Positions 14,287 through 27,501 are shown, counted from the stretch's first letter. The stretch is 64,000 nucleotides of DNA from Octopus vulgaris (GCA_951406725.2 OX597822.1:23002001-23066000), one strand, 5' to 3'. Notes: generated by a model from the sequence alone, not told the origin. Numbers and translations are program-made.

Positions 14287-14989
14287 CTAGCTGGAGTGTA
14301 TGCTTCCCAGGGAAGCCCTTTGTTTACTGCCCCCAGGCCGCCAACAAAAGTAGTGCCTGGGTCAGACTGCTGCCTCTAGCTATGCTAGTGTGTGTGTGTA
14401 TATACATATATATACATATATATATATAAACATTACAGTGGCATGTAAAGAGCATCAACTGATCGTGGCCACTGCCAGCCTCCCCTGGCACCTGTGCCGG
14501 TGGCACGTAAGAAGCCCCCCACTACACTCACGGAGTGGTTGGCGTTAGGAAGGGCATCCAGCTGTAGAAACACTGCCAGATCAGACTGGAGCCTGGTGCA
14601 GCCTCCTGGCTTCCCAGACCCCGGTTGAACTGTCCAACCCGTGCTAGCACAGAAAATGGATGTTAAATGATGATGATGATGATATGTGTGTATGCTTAGT
14701 GTTAGAAGAAAGAGTACTCAATACTATGGCAGAGATCAAATAAGATTTTTAGTTTGGCTGAGTCAATTTCTAGTGAGGAATCCTTCTTCTGCATTCACAG
14801 GGCCTACAGGCAAGTTATGAGTCATGAGTTAAAACTCCAGAGAAGCAAAAGACTGGTTCAGCCAAAATAAATATATATAGTAACAAAAAACTCTGTTACT
14901 TCTGCTAAATATTAATAAAATTATACATATACTTATATTTTGAGTTCTATTTCCCTGTTTGCACCAACATACCTATATATATATATATA

Positions 14990-15146
14990 CTTTATTGAAT
15001 AGCAGCAGAAATATCACAAAAACTGTTACTCAGAGTTTCATGTTCCCGTTCGTCGAACAATTTTGTTAGAATCTAACAAAACTGTCTGACGAACGGGAAC
15101 GTGAAACTAACAGTTTTTGTGATATTTCTGCTGCTTTTCAATAAAG
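14990..15146. mobile_element. Inverted repeat (about 75-bp arms) of a Penelope-like terminal repeat with two damaged hammerhead copies
   Basis: Right arm (+): aactgt-CTGACGA-ACG-GGAA-CGT-GAAA-CT-A-acagtt. Left arm (-): aattgt-TCGACGA-ACG-GGAA-CAT-GAAA-CTCTGAG-TA-acagtt. Adjacent to (TA)n. Confidence 0.6.
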
Positions 15147-16037
15147 CATATTAATCTACCACTGATATTTGAGTACTCTTTTTCCCCCACCTTGTTTCAC
15201 ATTTATGTGCTTACTCTGATATCATCATCGTTTAACATCCGCTTTCCATGCTAGCATGGGTTGGGCAGTTCAACTGGAGTCTGGGTAGCCAGAAGGCTGC
15301 ACCAGGCCCAGTCTGATCTGGCAGTGTTTCTACAGCTGGATGCCCTTCCTAACGCCAAGCTGATATATATATATATTTGACAAACAACTCTTGAAAGATG
15401 TGTATAGAGAGCAACTGACATATTCTCGTATCAAAATACACAACTTCCCATTGAGTAATAAAATCCTCTAGTATATGTGCGTGTGCTTTTGTATATTCTT
15501 TTGTCAATTCAGTGAATGCATATGTACAAAAAAAAAAAAGGTGTAGTGACAGAGCAAACATTAGCTGTGAATGATTATGTAAAACTCTACTGTATGTATT
15601 ATGTATTTTTTCCTCTGTTTGTATATCCAAATGCATACCCATACATTCATATCTACACACACACACATATATATATAAAAGTTGTTTGTCATTTTTATCT
15701 TGGTATTTATGTATGTATGTATGTGTGTAAATATATATATATATATATATATATATCATCATCATCATCATCATCGCTTAACGTCTGCTTTCCATGCTAG
15801 TATGGGTTGGATGATTTGACTGAGGACTGGCGAACCAGATGGCTGCACCAGGCTCCAATCTCGATCTGGCAGAGTTTCTACAGCTGGATGCCCTTCCTAA
15901 CGCCAAACACTCCGACAGTGTAGTGGGTGCTTTTACGTGCCATCGGCACGAGGGCCAGTCAAGCAGTACTGGCAATGGCCACAAAAAATCTTTTTTTTTA
16001 TATATATAAATGGTTAAGATTTATAAATTAATATAAA

Positions 16038-16317
16038 CAGTGGCAGACTGGTTCTAAAAATATTGGTTGCCAGGAGACTAAGGAAGCCCACCCAGAACTA
16101 CAATGCTATCATTTAATTTTTTTTTTTTGTCAAACGTATTCTATTCAACTGTCTACAAGCACAGCCAGGCTGAAATAATGTGTTCTTCCAGGAGTGAATA
16201 AAAAATTCTCTAACTTGAGGAGATGGGCCCCTTAGATACTAACATGGGCCCCCATATATGAATTCTAGTGGTGCAGGGGCCCACTTGCCATCAGGCAAGC
16301 TGGCCAGTCCGCCACTG
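16038..16317. mobile_element. hAT-type MITE, 280 bp
   Basis: TIRs cagtggcagactgg / ccagtccgccactg with an exact 8-bp TSD aatataaa (16030-16037, 16318-16325). Confidence 0.85.
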
Positions 16318-18029
16318 AATATAAATCAAGATTAATAAAAGTCATAATTTATATTAGTAATCTTTAATATAAACTATGTATACAACATTTACAAGTGCAC
16401 CTGAGACAGGAAAAGGTAATCCTGTGAGAAGAGCTGTTTACCTTATTCTACCTGAGGTGTGCTTGTAAATATCTTTAAACACACACAACTATATATGTAT
16501 ATATAAACTGATTTTGTCATGCATAAAATTTAATACCAAAATTAAAAGAAAACCAAAAAAGTAAAAAGAAATTTCAACTTACAAAAAATGAAGGAAAAGT
16601 CAAAATCTAGAGTAAACTTTTTAAACTCAAAACTATATGTTTCTAAGCAATATTTCATTAACATTACAATTCTTTAGAATCTTTAAAAATTTTATGCAGA
16701 AACACCATGAATATCTTGAAATATATTTTCTGAAGAATAAAATTAGCAAGGATGGGATTTGGTCATTAATGAATATGATCAGCTACATATTTTCTAAGAA
16801 TGGCTATTTGCAGTTAGATTGGGTCATTTAGTAACAAGCTTCCAATGACCACAAGTTTGGATTACATTTTGTGACACATGGGTGATCATACCTGATTAGA
16901 AAACAGAATGTCTTTGATCATAAATCTATTCAATCAGGGGCGACCTGGGACAGGTGTTAAATGATAACCAAATGAAATTCATACCAGAAATAAAATCCTT
17001 CCAGGTCAGAGAATTCCTTTGGAGAGGTGTTTTATTTCCTGATGAACTGGAGCGAGACAACAAAACAAAATTTCTTCCAGTTTAGTAAATTATCTAAATT
17101 AAAACCCTCCATCAAAACTGAATGTAAATTTGCTCTAAACACCAGCTTCATAATGGCATTAGTCATTTTACTAAATTCTTCATTATTTCCAAAATTAATT
17201 GAAATAAAGACAGAAATTTTCAACAGAAATATACTAACAAAATTTTTCTCTCAATTTCTTGACAAAATAAAATTTTATCCTATATTCCTCAATTGACTTT
17301 AAAAGTTAGATACAGAGACACCAATATGATTATGAGAAAAAAAACCAAAACAATAAAACTTAATAAAATGTTAAATTGCAGAAGAGAGAGACAAACGTAG
17401 CTTTAGATATAACACACATAGTATTGTTATGATGGTTCTGCTCAAGAATTATATTAAGAGTACACATGCCTGTGGAATGCTCAGCCACTTAGACCACCTG
17501 AATCCCTATTATTGAGCAACAGAGGTCTATCAGCACTGCCAACATATGTTATAATTAACAAAATCAATTAGCTAACACCCGAAATATTTTTTTGTTATGC
17601 CTTGAAATAAAACACAAATTACTACATAAGTGTACCCCTGGTGGTTGGCTGTCAAAGGAGAGACAATCCCATTGAGATTAAATTGAGACAGGCTTGGAAG
17701 GTTGAAATTTTAATCAATGATTTAAGACATCATCATCATCATCCAGTGTTTTAAATCCGGGTTTTGTACCTGTTAACAGGGGTGGCCAGATCTACCTCAA
17801 TGCCATAGTAACCGCCCTCACACCACTCACCCGGTTTTGGGTGTTCTCCTTTCTCATACCAACCCTCCTAATCTCCTCTTCCACCTGTCCCCTCCACCAT
17901 TCCAGTGTATGGAATATACACATTTAATATATCTTTTTCCTATACAGTATAAAGATTTTGAAAATTTCAAAGTACATCCATATATATGTACATATAAACA
18001 TGTGTACGTGTGTGTGTGTGTGTGTGATA

Positions 18030-18205
18030 GATCGTTAGCCACTACACACATTTTTTCTCTCCTTGTTTTTACTGTGTCCCTTTCTGTAGAAGAGTGTAGG
18101 CTCGAAATGTAAGACTTTTTCTATTCCTGAGCATTATACTAATACATCTGCTTGTTTTGTACACCACCTGTCTTCGTCTTTTGTTTTTTTCGTAAACTCT
18201 CCCTA
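18030..18205 (+). mobile_element. Penelope-like terminal-repeat fragment with a degenerate hammerhead (18084-18111)
   Basis: CTGTAGA-A-GAGT-GTAG-GCTC-GAAA-TG-TA, i.e. A6>U in the core. Sits between microsatellites. Confidence 0.4.
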
Positions 18206-19102
18206 TATATATATATATATATATATACATACATATATATATATATATATAAAAACATATATATGTATATACACACGTGGTCTCCCCTTGTGGTTAGCTG
18301 TCATAGGGGAGACAATCCTTCTAGATTAAGTTAACTTGAAGAAGGTTTCGAAGTATGAAATTTTAATCAATGATTAAAGACAATGGTGTACAGAATACAC
18401 ACATTCCATATTTGTTTTTCTTACACAAATATAAAAATATCAAAATTCCTAGTCATTAATAACTATGAAATTTTTAGTAGTTTCTTAGTGCCTGAGTGAG
18501 GCCCAAATAAGGTAAAAACTAATGAGGTAAGAAAGCAATGAGACCACATGAAACTGAACAGCAGTAATTTGTCTTAAGAAAAAAAAAAAAAAAACCTAAA
18601 AAGCAAATGGAAAAATATAAAACCCAAAACATCGACAGCCTTAACGACAGGAAACTAATATAAATTAAGTAATAAATTAGGAAATAGTGAGATGGAGGAA
18701 GTTTATTCAATTAGCTTTGATGTTACCACTGTGTTATGATAGGAAGAAGGAGAGGGGAAAAATATAGTGGCAATTGGCAAACAACTTGAAATCTTATCCA
18801 GTTATAAGAAATATACATTGACAAAGGACTGTAAGTACTTCAAAATGGATTCTATTTCAAATTGACAGAATAAATAAAGAAAAACCATAATTAAAAATAA
18901 AAACTACTTTTTCAACATAAACATGTGTGTTTGAGTGTGTGTGTGTGTGTATGAGAGTATATATACATATATACTCATGTACACACACATGCATATGTGC
19001 GTCTGTATTAACATATGTACACATATATGTAAAATATGCAGATGGATAATTTTTTTCATTTAATGTTCATGTTTAATGCTGGCATGGGTTGTACATATAC
19101 AT

Positions 19103-19141
<39 letters not shown>

Positions 19142-19290
19142 TATATTTATGAATATATATATATATATATATACACATTTATATCTATGTATATCAATCT
19201 CTCTATCTATCTATATATATATACATACATAGACATGCGTACATACAAATGCAAATATGCACACACACATACATACATGTATATATATGT

Positions 19291-19343
<53 letters not shown>

Positions 19344-19929
19344 TAATACATATATATGCTATGGTCTTGTATTGGTTTACTTTATCTCATATTACTAAGT
19401 AGAATAGTTATCCATAATTTCACTGCAGCCCTATCTAGTGAGATCTATATGGAATGTCTTAGATAACTAATGGCATTGGTGCATGTAGGAAATACAAGGT
19501 GGGGGTGGGGGATTCAAATTGAATTCCAGCCACCTGCACATAATAATAATAAGAATTTTAACAATCAGGTAATTATATATATATACAAACACACAAGAAA
19601 TAAATGAAACAAATTATGAGTTATTATTATCATCATACAAGAGAAATAAATATTTCCATGGTGCTTTCAGAGTGATGTTTTTGCTGTTATGCCAAGCAAA
19701 ATAAATACATAATTTTTTTTAAAATGGTGGAAAAAAAATCTGTATAATATTTACAAACAAACTACTAAATAAACAACAAATGCTGTTTCTACAGAAATAC
19801 AAAAGTTGAAACAGGAAAGACAACTTTTCAACTATCTTCATCACAAAAAAAAAAAAAAAGAAAAAAAAATTGCCAATCACTCAGGAAAGTGAGAATTTAA
19901 TATTAATTTGATGAAGATGATAATAATAA

Positions 19930-20805
19930 TCATTTCTATTATAGGCACAAGGCCTGAAATTTGGAGGAAAGGGATAGTCAATTACATCAACCCCAGTATT
20001 TCACTGGTACTTAATTTATTGACGCTGAAATGATAAAAGGCAAAGTCGACCTTCGTGGAATTTGAACTCAGAATGTACAGAAAGACAAAATACCATTAAG
20101 CATTTCACCTGGCATGCTAACGATTCTGCCAGCTTGCCGCCTTAATAAAAATAATTACGTTTTCAAATTTTGGCACAAGGCCAGGAACTTTAGGGGAAGG
20201 GTAAATCAATTACAGTGACCCCAGTACTCAACTGGTACTTATTTTACTGATGTCAGAGGATGAAAGGCAAAGTTGACTTTGAAATTTGAAATCAGAATGT
20301 AAAAACACAAAAAGCTGCTAAGCATTTTTCCCAAAGTGCTAACAATTTTGTCAGCTCACCACCTTAATAATAATGATAATAATAATAATAATAATCCTTT
20401 CTGCTATAGGCACAAGGCCTGAAATTTGAAGGCGGGGGATAGTCGATTACATTGACCCCAGTATTTGACTGGTACTTGTTTTATCAATTCCAAAAGGATT
20501 AAAAGCAAAGTTGACCTTGGTAGAATTTGAACTCAGAATGTGAAGATGCTGATGATTCTGTAAGTTTGCTGTTATAATAATAATAATAATAATCCATTAT
20601 ACTATAGGCACAAGGCCTGAGATTTTGGGGGAGGGGAAAAGTTGATTGCCCCCAACAAGTTGACTGGCACTTTTTTCATCGACCCTGAAAAGATGAAAGG
20701 CAAAGTTGACCTCGACGGAATTGGAACTCAGAATATGAAGACAGACGAAATGCTGCTAAGCATTTTTCCTGGAATGCTGATGATTCTGCGAGCTCAGTGT
20801 CTTAA
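19930..20805 (-). mobile_element. Tandem array of four family A SINEs separated by (AAT)n
   Basis: Repeated ggcacaaggcc...gaccccagt...aaaggcaaagt.gacct...gaatttgaactcagaa...gccagct.gcc.cctt. Similar arrays at about 7160-7760, 27170-28095 and 30920-31240. Confidence 0.85.
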
Positions 20806-21348
20806 TTATAATAATAATAATTATAAATTGACTGAATTTAGAAAATAGAAAAAACAAAATAAATGTGATGTAATTCTAAGCCTACAGCTTCCACAACAGT
20901 TTGTAACTAGTAACACAAGACAAAACTGCTGACTTCTGGGAATAGTCCAATGAAAAAAACTGAATCACAATGGGAAAGCCAAAGACACTATTGTGCCTAC
21001 ATCTACATGATGTTATGGCTCATGGCCCGTTTGACTCCTGGAATGGGTAGTATGGTGTGTTCTTGAGTAAGGCACATCATTTTACATTGCTTCAGTCCAC
21101 TCATCTGAAAATGAATACCAGCGGGTTAACTCTGAATGGACTGGCTTCCAGTACAGGGGGTAGTCTTCTATTTTTATTTGTCAAAACAACTTGGAAACTG
21201 GGGTAAGTTCTGGCCAGATAAACCATTAGGTTTGGGGCAGACTTAACAATCATACCACAATCATCTAGCTGGAATCACTGAAAATAGGGTAAACTGGTGT
21301 ACTGTAATAACTAGAATACCAATATAGTGTAGGTAACTAATAAAGAGT

Positions 21349-21768
21349 TAAAGGGCTTCATCATCATCATTGTTCGACCGTGGTCAAGACAATGGAATTT
21401 ACCATGTTACGTCAGACTTCACGGTCCATCATAGCATTATGGAGGTCCTGTTGCTGGATGCCTGTATCCCTGGAGATTACATCAGGGGGCAAACGCAAAG
21501 TCAACCTTGGTGGAATTTGAACTCAGAATGTACAGAAAGACTAAATACCATTAAGCATTTCACCTGGCGTGCTAACGATTCTGCCAGCTTGCCGCCTTAA
21601 TAAAAATGATAACGATTTCAAATTTTGGCACAAGGCCAGGAACTTCAGGGGAAGGGTAAATCAATTACAGTGACCCCAGTACTCAACTGGTACTTATTTT
21701 ACTGATGCCAGAAGGATGAAAGGCAAAATTGACTTTGGAATTTGAAATCAGAATGTAAAGGGCTTCAT
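21349..21768 (-). mobile_element. 5'-truncated RTE-type LINE 3' end fused to a copy of local intron sequence, with a 13-bp TSD
   Basis: TSD taaagggcttcat at 21349-21361 and 21756-21768; (GAT)n tail. Minus frame PDVISRDTGIQQQDLHNAMMDREV*RNMVNSIVLTTVEQ* is a decayed RTE-like DRxxWR C-terminus. 21495-21759 duplicates 20040-20303. Confidence 0.75.
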
Positions 21769-23179
21769 ATTCATAATGAAATTAGGACATATGGTTAGAC
21801 AAGGGAGCTTGTTGAACTGTAAGTGAAGGGACATTATTTGAACTGTAAGGAAAGAGAGATTTGTCAAACAGTGTTTGTTTATAAAACCCAATGACAGAAT
21901 TTGAAAAGTTGTCTTTCACAACAATATTTTTCTCAGTGTAACAAGAGCAGAGCAAATGCATCCATATACCATAATAAAGTGCTAAGAACAAGGAATCCAA
22001 ACAAATGGAGAAAAACAAAAAAAAAAAATATTGCAAGTATATAAACATTGCTAAACTGCAAAACAAGATGATGTCAAATGTGAAAAGAGTGAGAGATTAA
22101 AAAAAATGAAAAAAAAAAAAAAAAAGTAACACAAATAAAGGCCAGCAGCCAGAAGTGACATCAGAGACTACGACAATCACCAGCAGATGGCAGCAGCAGC
22201 ATAAACAGCAGTATACAAGCAAACAGGGGACAAAAGTTGCAAATGTAAAAAAAGACTAAAAAAAAAAAAGTAATCATTACAGCTGCACTTACACCTACAC
22301 AAAGACAGGCAGGCAAATAAATAATTTTGTGGTTTGCACGGTTTAGATAGTGGTTACAAAAAGGTCAGTGAATATTATTTGTACAAGTGGTTACAAGGAT
22401 CAGCGAAGGTCTCATGAATTTCCGGATTGTCAACAGAATTTGGTCACAATATCATAAGACAATGGAAAATAAATGTTTATTTGGAATAACGAAGGAACAA
22501 TTAGAAAGAAGGATTAAAAATACATACATACATACATATATATATATATATGTGTGTATGTATATATATATAATATATATAGCAACGAATTTACTTTGAA
22601 GCTGATATGTTTATATAAATATATAATTGTGTATATTGTTTTACATCAGCACACTCGGAAAGAACAAAAAGTTAATGATACACAAAAGTATTTGTCTTTT
22701 GCAACATTTTGGAAGAGAGGAAAAAAAAAGTTACTGTAAGCGGTTGGATATTAACAGTAAATAAAAAAAAAAATTCTAGTTAAACTGATAATATACACTT
22801 TTATAATCCATTTTTGAGATTATCGAAGAAGAAAAAAAAAACAATCACATCTATTTACTAGGGAAAAAAAAAAGAAAATTAAAAATAAATTATACTTCTT
22901 TTTAGTAATGGGAAGAAAGAATTTGTTACATTCTTTTGCACCTACTGGGAATATAATAAGCACTTGCCAACTTAAAAAAAGAACCCAAGAAAATATCTAC
23001 TAGCTTATAAACAGAAATACATCTAAGAATTTTCCAGCAAACTGTTTAACTTAAATTCAAGGTGTTTTATTGATATATATATAATCCATTTTAATCTTAC
23101 AAGAGATATAAAAGATATAACTAAGGATTAAGGTACATATGTAAATACACACACACACACACATATATGTATGTGTATA

Positions 23180-23940
23180 TATCCTCAAGTAACAGTTCCA
23201 ATTGGGAAGGGCATCAAACAAGGAGGCACCATACCTTTAAACCGCTTCTGTGTATATCTAGAAATGGTTATCAGAGGTATTGACTGGACATGTGGAGTTA
23301 ACACGAACGAAGGGCACCATTCGAGCGTTACCAATGTCGCCTTACTGGCACCTGTGCCAGTGGCATGTGTAAAAAGATTCGAGCGAGGTCATTGCCAGTA
23401 CCGCCTGATTGGCCCTGTGTCAGTGGCACCTAAAAAGCACCCACTAAACTCTGTAGAAACTCTGCCAGATCAAGATTAGAGCCTGGTGCAGCCGTCTGGT
23501 TCGCCAGCCTTCAGTCAAAATCGTCCAACCCATGCTAGCGTGGAAAGCAGACGTTAAACGATGATGATGATGGTGAGTTAATACCATACCTCTGATTTGC
23601 AGATGGCATTGTACTGATCACTGAAACCACAGGTCAGCTGCAGATCATGCTGACAGAGCTGGACATCCATTGCTCAACAGATTCCTTAAAATGAACTGCA
23701 TGAAAACAAAATACATGCAATCCAAAGATGTAGCACAAGACTGAGTAGAGGTAGGAAACAATGAAACCAAGGAGGTAAAGGGGTATGTGTGCTTAGGGCA
23801 CGCAGTGAATATGCACCAAGATATGGAAGCTGATATCTGAAATCCCAGAGAGAATAAGAGCAAGATGGAAGACATTTAACCTAAATAAAGGATGTGCTCC
23901 AAACAAAGCTGGACAAGACAATATGTACCAAACACTTCAA
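23180..23940 (+). pseudogene. Decayed RTE-clade reverse transcriptase fragment interrupted by a SINE-like insertion (about 23303-23571)
   Basis: IGKGIKQGGTIPLNRF...[insert]...GELIPYL*FADGIVLITETTGQLQIMLTEL...LKMNCMKTKYM...YVCLG, i.e. QG and FADD-like RT motifs. Confidence 0.75.
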
Positions 23941-23944
23941 AACA

Positions 23945-24695
23945 CAGCTTTGGGAAAAAATTCCAAGTAATCATTAAAAAGTCAATCAGAGCCATTTCAA
24001 AGGACCTCAAGGTTTCAGAATGCACCATCAGAAGAGTTGTGCATGAGGACATCTGGTACAAGATGTGATGCAGAGGGGTTAGTTTATGTTGGATGTCACA
24101 AGAGAGAAAAGTTCAATCTGTACAAAGTGCTTCCTAAACAAATTAAAACCTCAAGGTTAGAATGCTTTGGTTGTTTTCCAATGAGAAAAACTACAATCAG
24201 GACCAAAAGGCAAACCAAGGACAAGACACATAGTTATGCAGAGACTTGAATGAAGTTCCAACAGTCAATCATACTAAGTTCCCAGCAGTTCTGGGAGTCA
24301 TTAGCAACAAGGGAGATGTCATGCCTCCTCCCAGACACATGGCCTCCTGGCTCACCAGACCTCAATCTACAAGAGTATTTATTATGTATGGGATGTAGTC
24401 AAGAGAGGGGTCAGTCAACATCTCCATAACACCATGCAGTCTCTTAAGTCCACCATAACCAGCACTATGTCCAAAATTGATAAAGATTATCTGATTCAGG
24501 CATATCATTGCTTCCAACTCTCTAATAAAGCAGCTGCTGAGGCTAACAGCGGATTCCTTAAATAGGTGTAATAAAAGGGTTCTCAAGATTGTCTGTACTA
24601 ATTTGTATTTGTTCAAATACAGCTTTTCTTTGACGAGCTATGTGTCTTTTTCTAAATTGATACAAATGACCTCAAAAACACTGATGCACTGTGTG
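23945..24695 (+). mobile_element. Decayed Tc1/mariner (DD37D/maT-like) transposon relic
   Basis: KSIRAISKDLKVSECTIRRVVHED (HTH), TKFPAVLGVISNKGDVMPP and WPPGSPDLN; multiple stops and frameshifts. Confidence 0.7.
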
Positions 24696-25442
24696 TATGT
24701 ATGTATATATATATATAGATACACATACACATATATATCTTTTATATGTCTTGTAATTTAAAAGAAAGACCTACAGTTAAAAGTGATTTTAAATTCATAT
24801 TCTTACAGACAGCTGTAGAGCCAAAATATATCAAGAAATAAATGAGCAGTAACTGAAGACTAAAAATGACACAGAGAGTAAAATTATGTGCTTTAAACCT
24901 AATAGAGCATAAGATACAGGTAATTGCCTTCTTAAAAAAAAAAGCAAAAATCCCAACTAAGTACCTTAGTTTAAGAGGGATACATTTTCCTTATCTAACA
25001 GTTATTCCCATAAATCAAGCCAGGTACTACATCAAAAAGGGATCTTCAATATTCAAGTTATTATAGCTATGTATTGTTGATAATAAACTTTAAGACATTT
25101 GATGAAGACACAAAAATCACTTCTAAAGCAAGAATGCTTACAACTGATTTCAATAAAAATTTCAGATTATAAATCTACTTTAGAAATTATTACAGGATTG
25201 TAGCTGTTGGTGGTGGTGGTAGTGAGGAAATTTAGTGTTGGAAAAGGGAGTTTTTAATAGGAGGTGCTTGTTAGCAAGTTGCTAGGTTAAACGAAACATG
25301 GCAACAGATCAAGCATGTAATCCGGAAAAACACTTGATAACCACTACAACAGGGTGGTAGTAACAAAACAAGTAGTGTGGTGGTCTGGTTGCTGTTGTCA
25401 CAGCAACGGGTTGTTGTGGAGGAAAGTGGACTGAGAACTCAC

Positions 25443-25481
25443 CTTGGAAGAGAAAACTCATGAGGCGATCCCGGGATATAG
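25443..25481 (-). CDS. MTSS1: 39-nt symmetric exon (A)ISRDRLMSFLFQ(G)
   Basis: (CT)n pyrimidine tract with cgaag acceptor and a consensus donor AAG|gtgagt. Phase 1-1 exactly fits the phase-1 intron between 36054 and 10678. Confidence 0.6.
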
Positions 25482-27446
25482 CTTCGGGGAGAGAGAGAGA
25501 GAGAGATAGATAGAGATAGAAAGATAGGTAGGTAGGTAAGTGGAGATGCAGATGGAAGATAATATAAGGCAAATAACAAAATATTGACAGAAAGTTAATC
25601 TCAAAACCAAACAAGAAGACCATGTGACAAACGTTTTTAGAGAAAGAGAGAGAGTAGAAGGAGGGGAAGAGGAAACGGTGGATCAAAAGACGGTGAAGAA
25701 TCTACTAGTTCAAACCTACGAGAGAGGGTGAAAAGGAGAGACGAAGGAGTGTAGACAGAGGCAGATAGAAATAAGGAAAAAAGGGTGCAAGAAAGTGAGT
25801 GTTACAAGGGTATGGGGGTAGGAGGAGGAATCAGAAAGATAAACAAATATTCAAAAGAGCATGTTTCTACAAATATCTTCATTCAGTTTCACAAAGAATA
25901 CTGAATAATAAAAAAAGATGAAAGAAACACGTATATACAGATAAAAAAAAAAACAAGTCTCCATATTTACTTTCAAATAATAATGGAATTATTTTTTGAT
26001 AAATTTCAACGATTTCTCTTCTATTCTTAATATCAGTTTTACTGGAATGTTTACAAGAATTTCCATGCAAAACTATGAAACAGAAAGGAAACTGTTGACA
26101 TGGGAACACTACAGGGGAAGGTGTTGGTGGTATTTGACATTCATAATAGAGCCAGTAGACTCAATCAAAATCACTGTTTGTCTCTCGAACTGAATCCGGA
26201 CAAGGCATCAGTCAGTCATACAAAAGGATTAACTAACAAGGATCAGGTGCTAATAATGGTGCAACAATGGAACGTAACCCAAAGACATGCTGTAGAGGAG
26301 GTTCTTTCTTTTTGGAAAATGCATGCATCTGGAGACAAATTCCAATGTATCAGTCTTTGTTAGCGAAATCATTGATTTGGAGAATAAGTACTCAAGAATT
26401 ATCTGAGAAGAATCAGGCGGGAAAAGAATATAAATATACAGAGAGAGAAACTAGAAACAGAAATTTAAAGATACATGCTTGAAATGTAATTATACATGCA
26501 TACATACACATATGCATGTATGTATGCACACAAACTCTAAGACAAACATGTTTACAGGAATGGTTTTAATATATAATCACAAATTAGTCAAGCCTCTTTC
26601 GTTACAAAGAAGAGATATTTGAAAGAATTGAAAATTAGATTAATAACAATAATAATAATATTAGTAGGAATAAAGCAGCTACTGCCTGTCCCTGGTCCCA
26701 CCCCCACTCACAGAAAAACAAAGAATAAAAAACTTAATAATAATGATAATAGAAGGTATAGACGCTTTACTGTGCCAAAGTGTTTTGTTACATGGCAGAC
26801 GGAAAAAAGTAGTGTTGTTATGAGCAAGAGTGTGCTGATGATAATGATAGTAGTGGTAGTAATGGTGATGTGCTGTTTTTACTGCAAGAAAGAAAGGTAG
26901 CAATATTATTTCCAATGGCTCAAAAAGGATTACATCTCATCTGTAAATAACTAGTGACATATATTAGAGAGCAAGAGAGAGAGAGAAAAATCCAGATCAA
27001 GGCAAGGCCCAGTCCCTTCCAAGCAGTTATAGAACTACATTCGTCTATAGAAAATTTAACAGTTCTTGGTTCCCCATTCTCTCTTTCTCTTTCTTTCTTA
27101 AGAGAAGGACAGAAAAATCTATTTGCTAACATACTGCTTTCTAACATTGAAGCATGCACTCAACCATGGCAGAATTTGAACTTAGAACCTAGCGGCAGAC
27201 AAAATACCTATTTCTTTACTACCCACAAGGGGCTAAACACAGAGAAGACAAACAAACAAAGACAGACACACGGATTAAGTTGATTACATCGACCCCAGTG
27301 CGTAACTGGTACTTAATTTATCGACCGCAAAAGGATGAAAGGCAATGTCGACCTTGGCGGAATTTGAACTTAGAACCTAACGGCAGCCAAAATACCGCTA
27401 AGCATTTCATCTAGCATGCTAACAATTCTGCCAGCTCACTACCTTT

Positions 27447-27501
<55 letters not shown>

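Noticed and set aside
17630-18450. Two diverged direct repeats with TTGAAGA...GAAA hammerhead-like words
   Set aside because: Stems do not pair convincingly; treated as old repeat copies.
19930-20805. Regularly spaced repeats resembling an array system
   Set aside because: Head-to-tail SINE copies with (AAT)n tails.
5268-26930. Further tiny AG...GT pairs on the minus strand (about 5270-5285, 9505-9533, 13768-13777, 26924-26930)
   Set aside because: Non-3n lengths with weaker signals; such pairs are expected by chance in about 60 kb of AT-rich intron.
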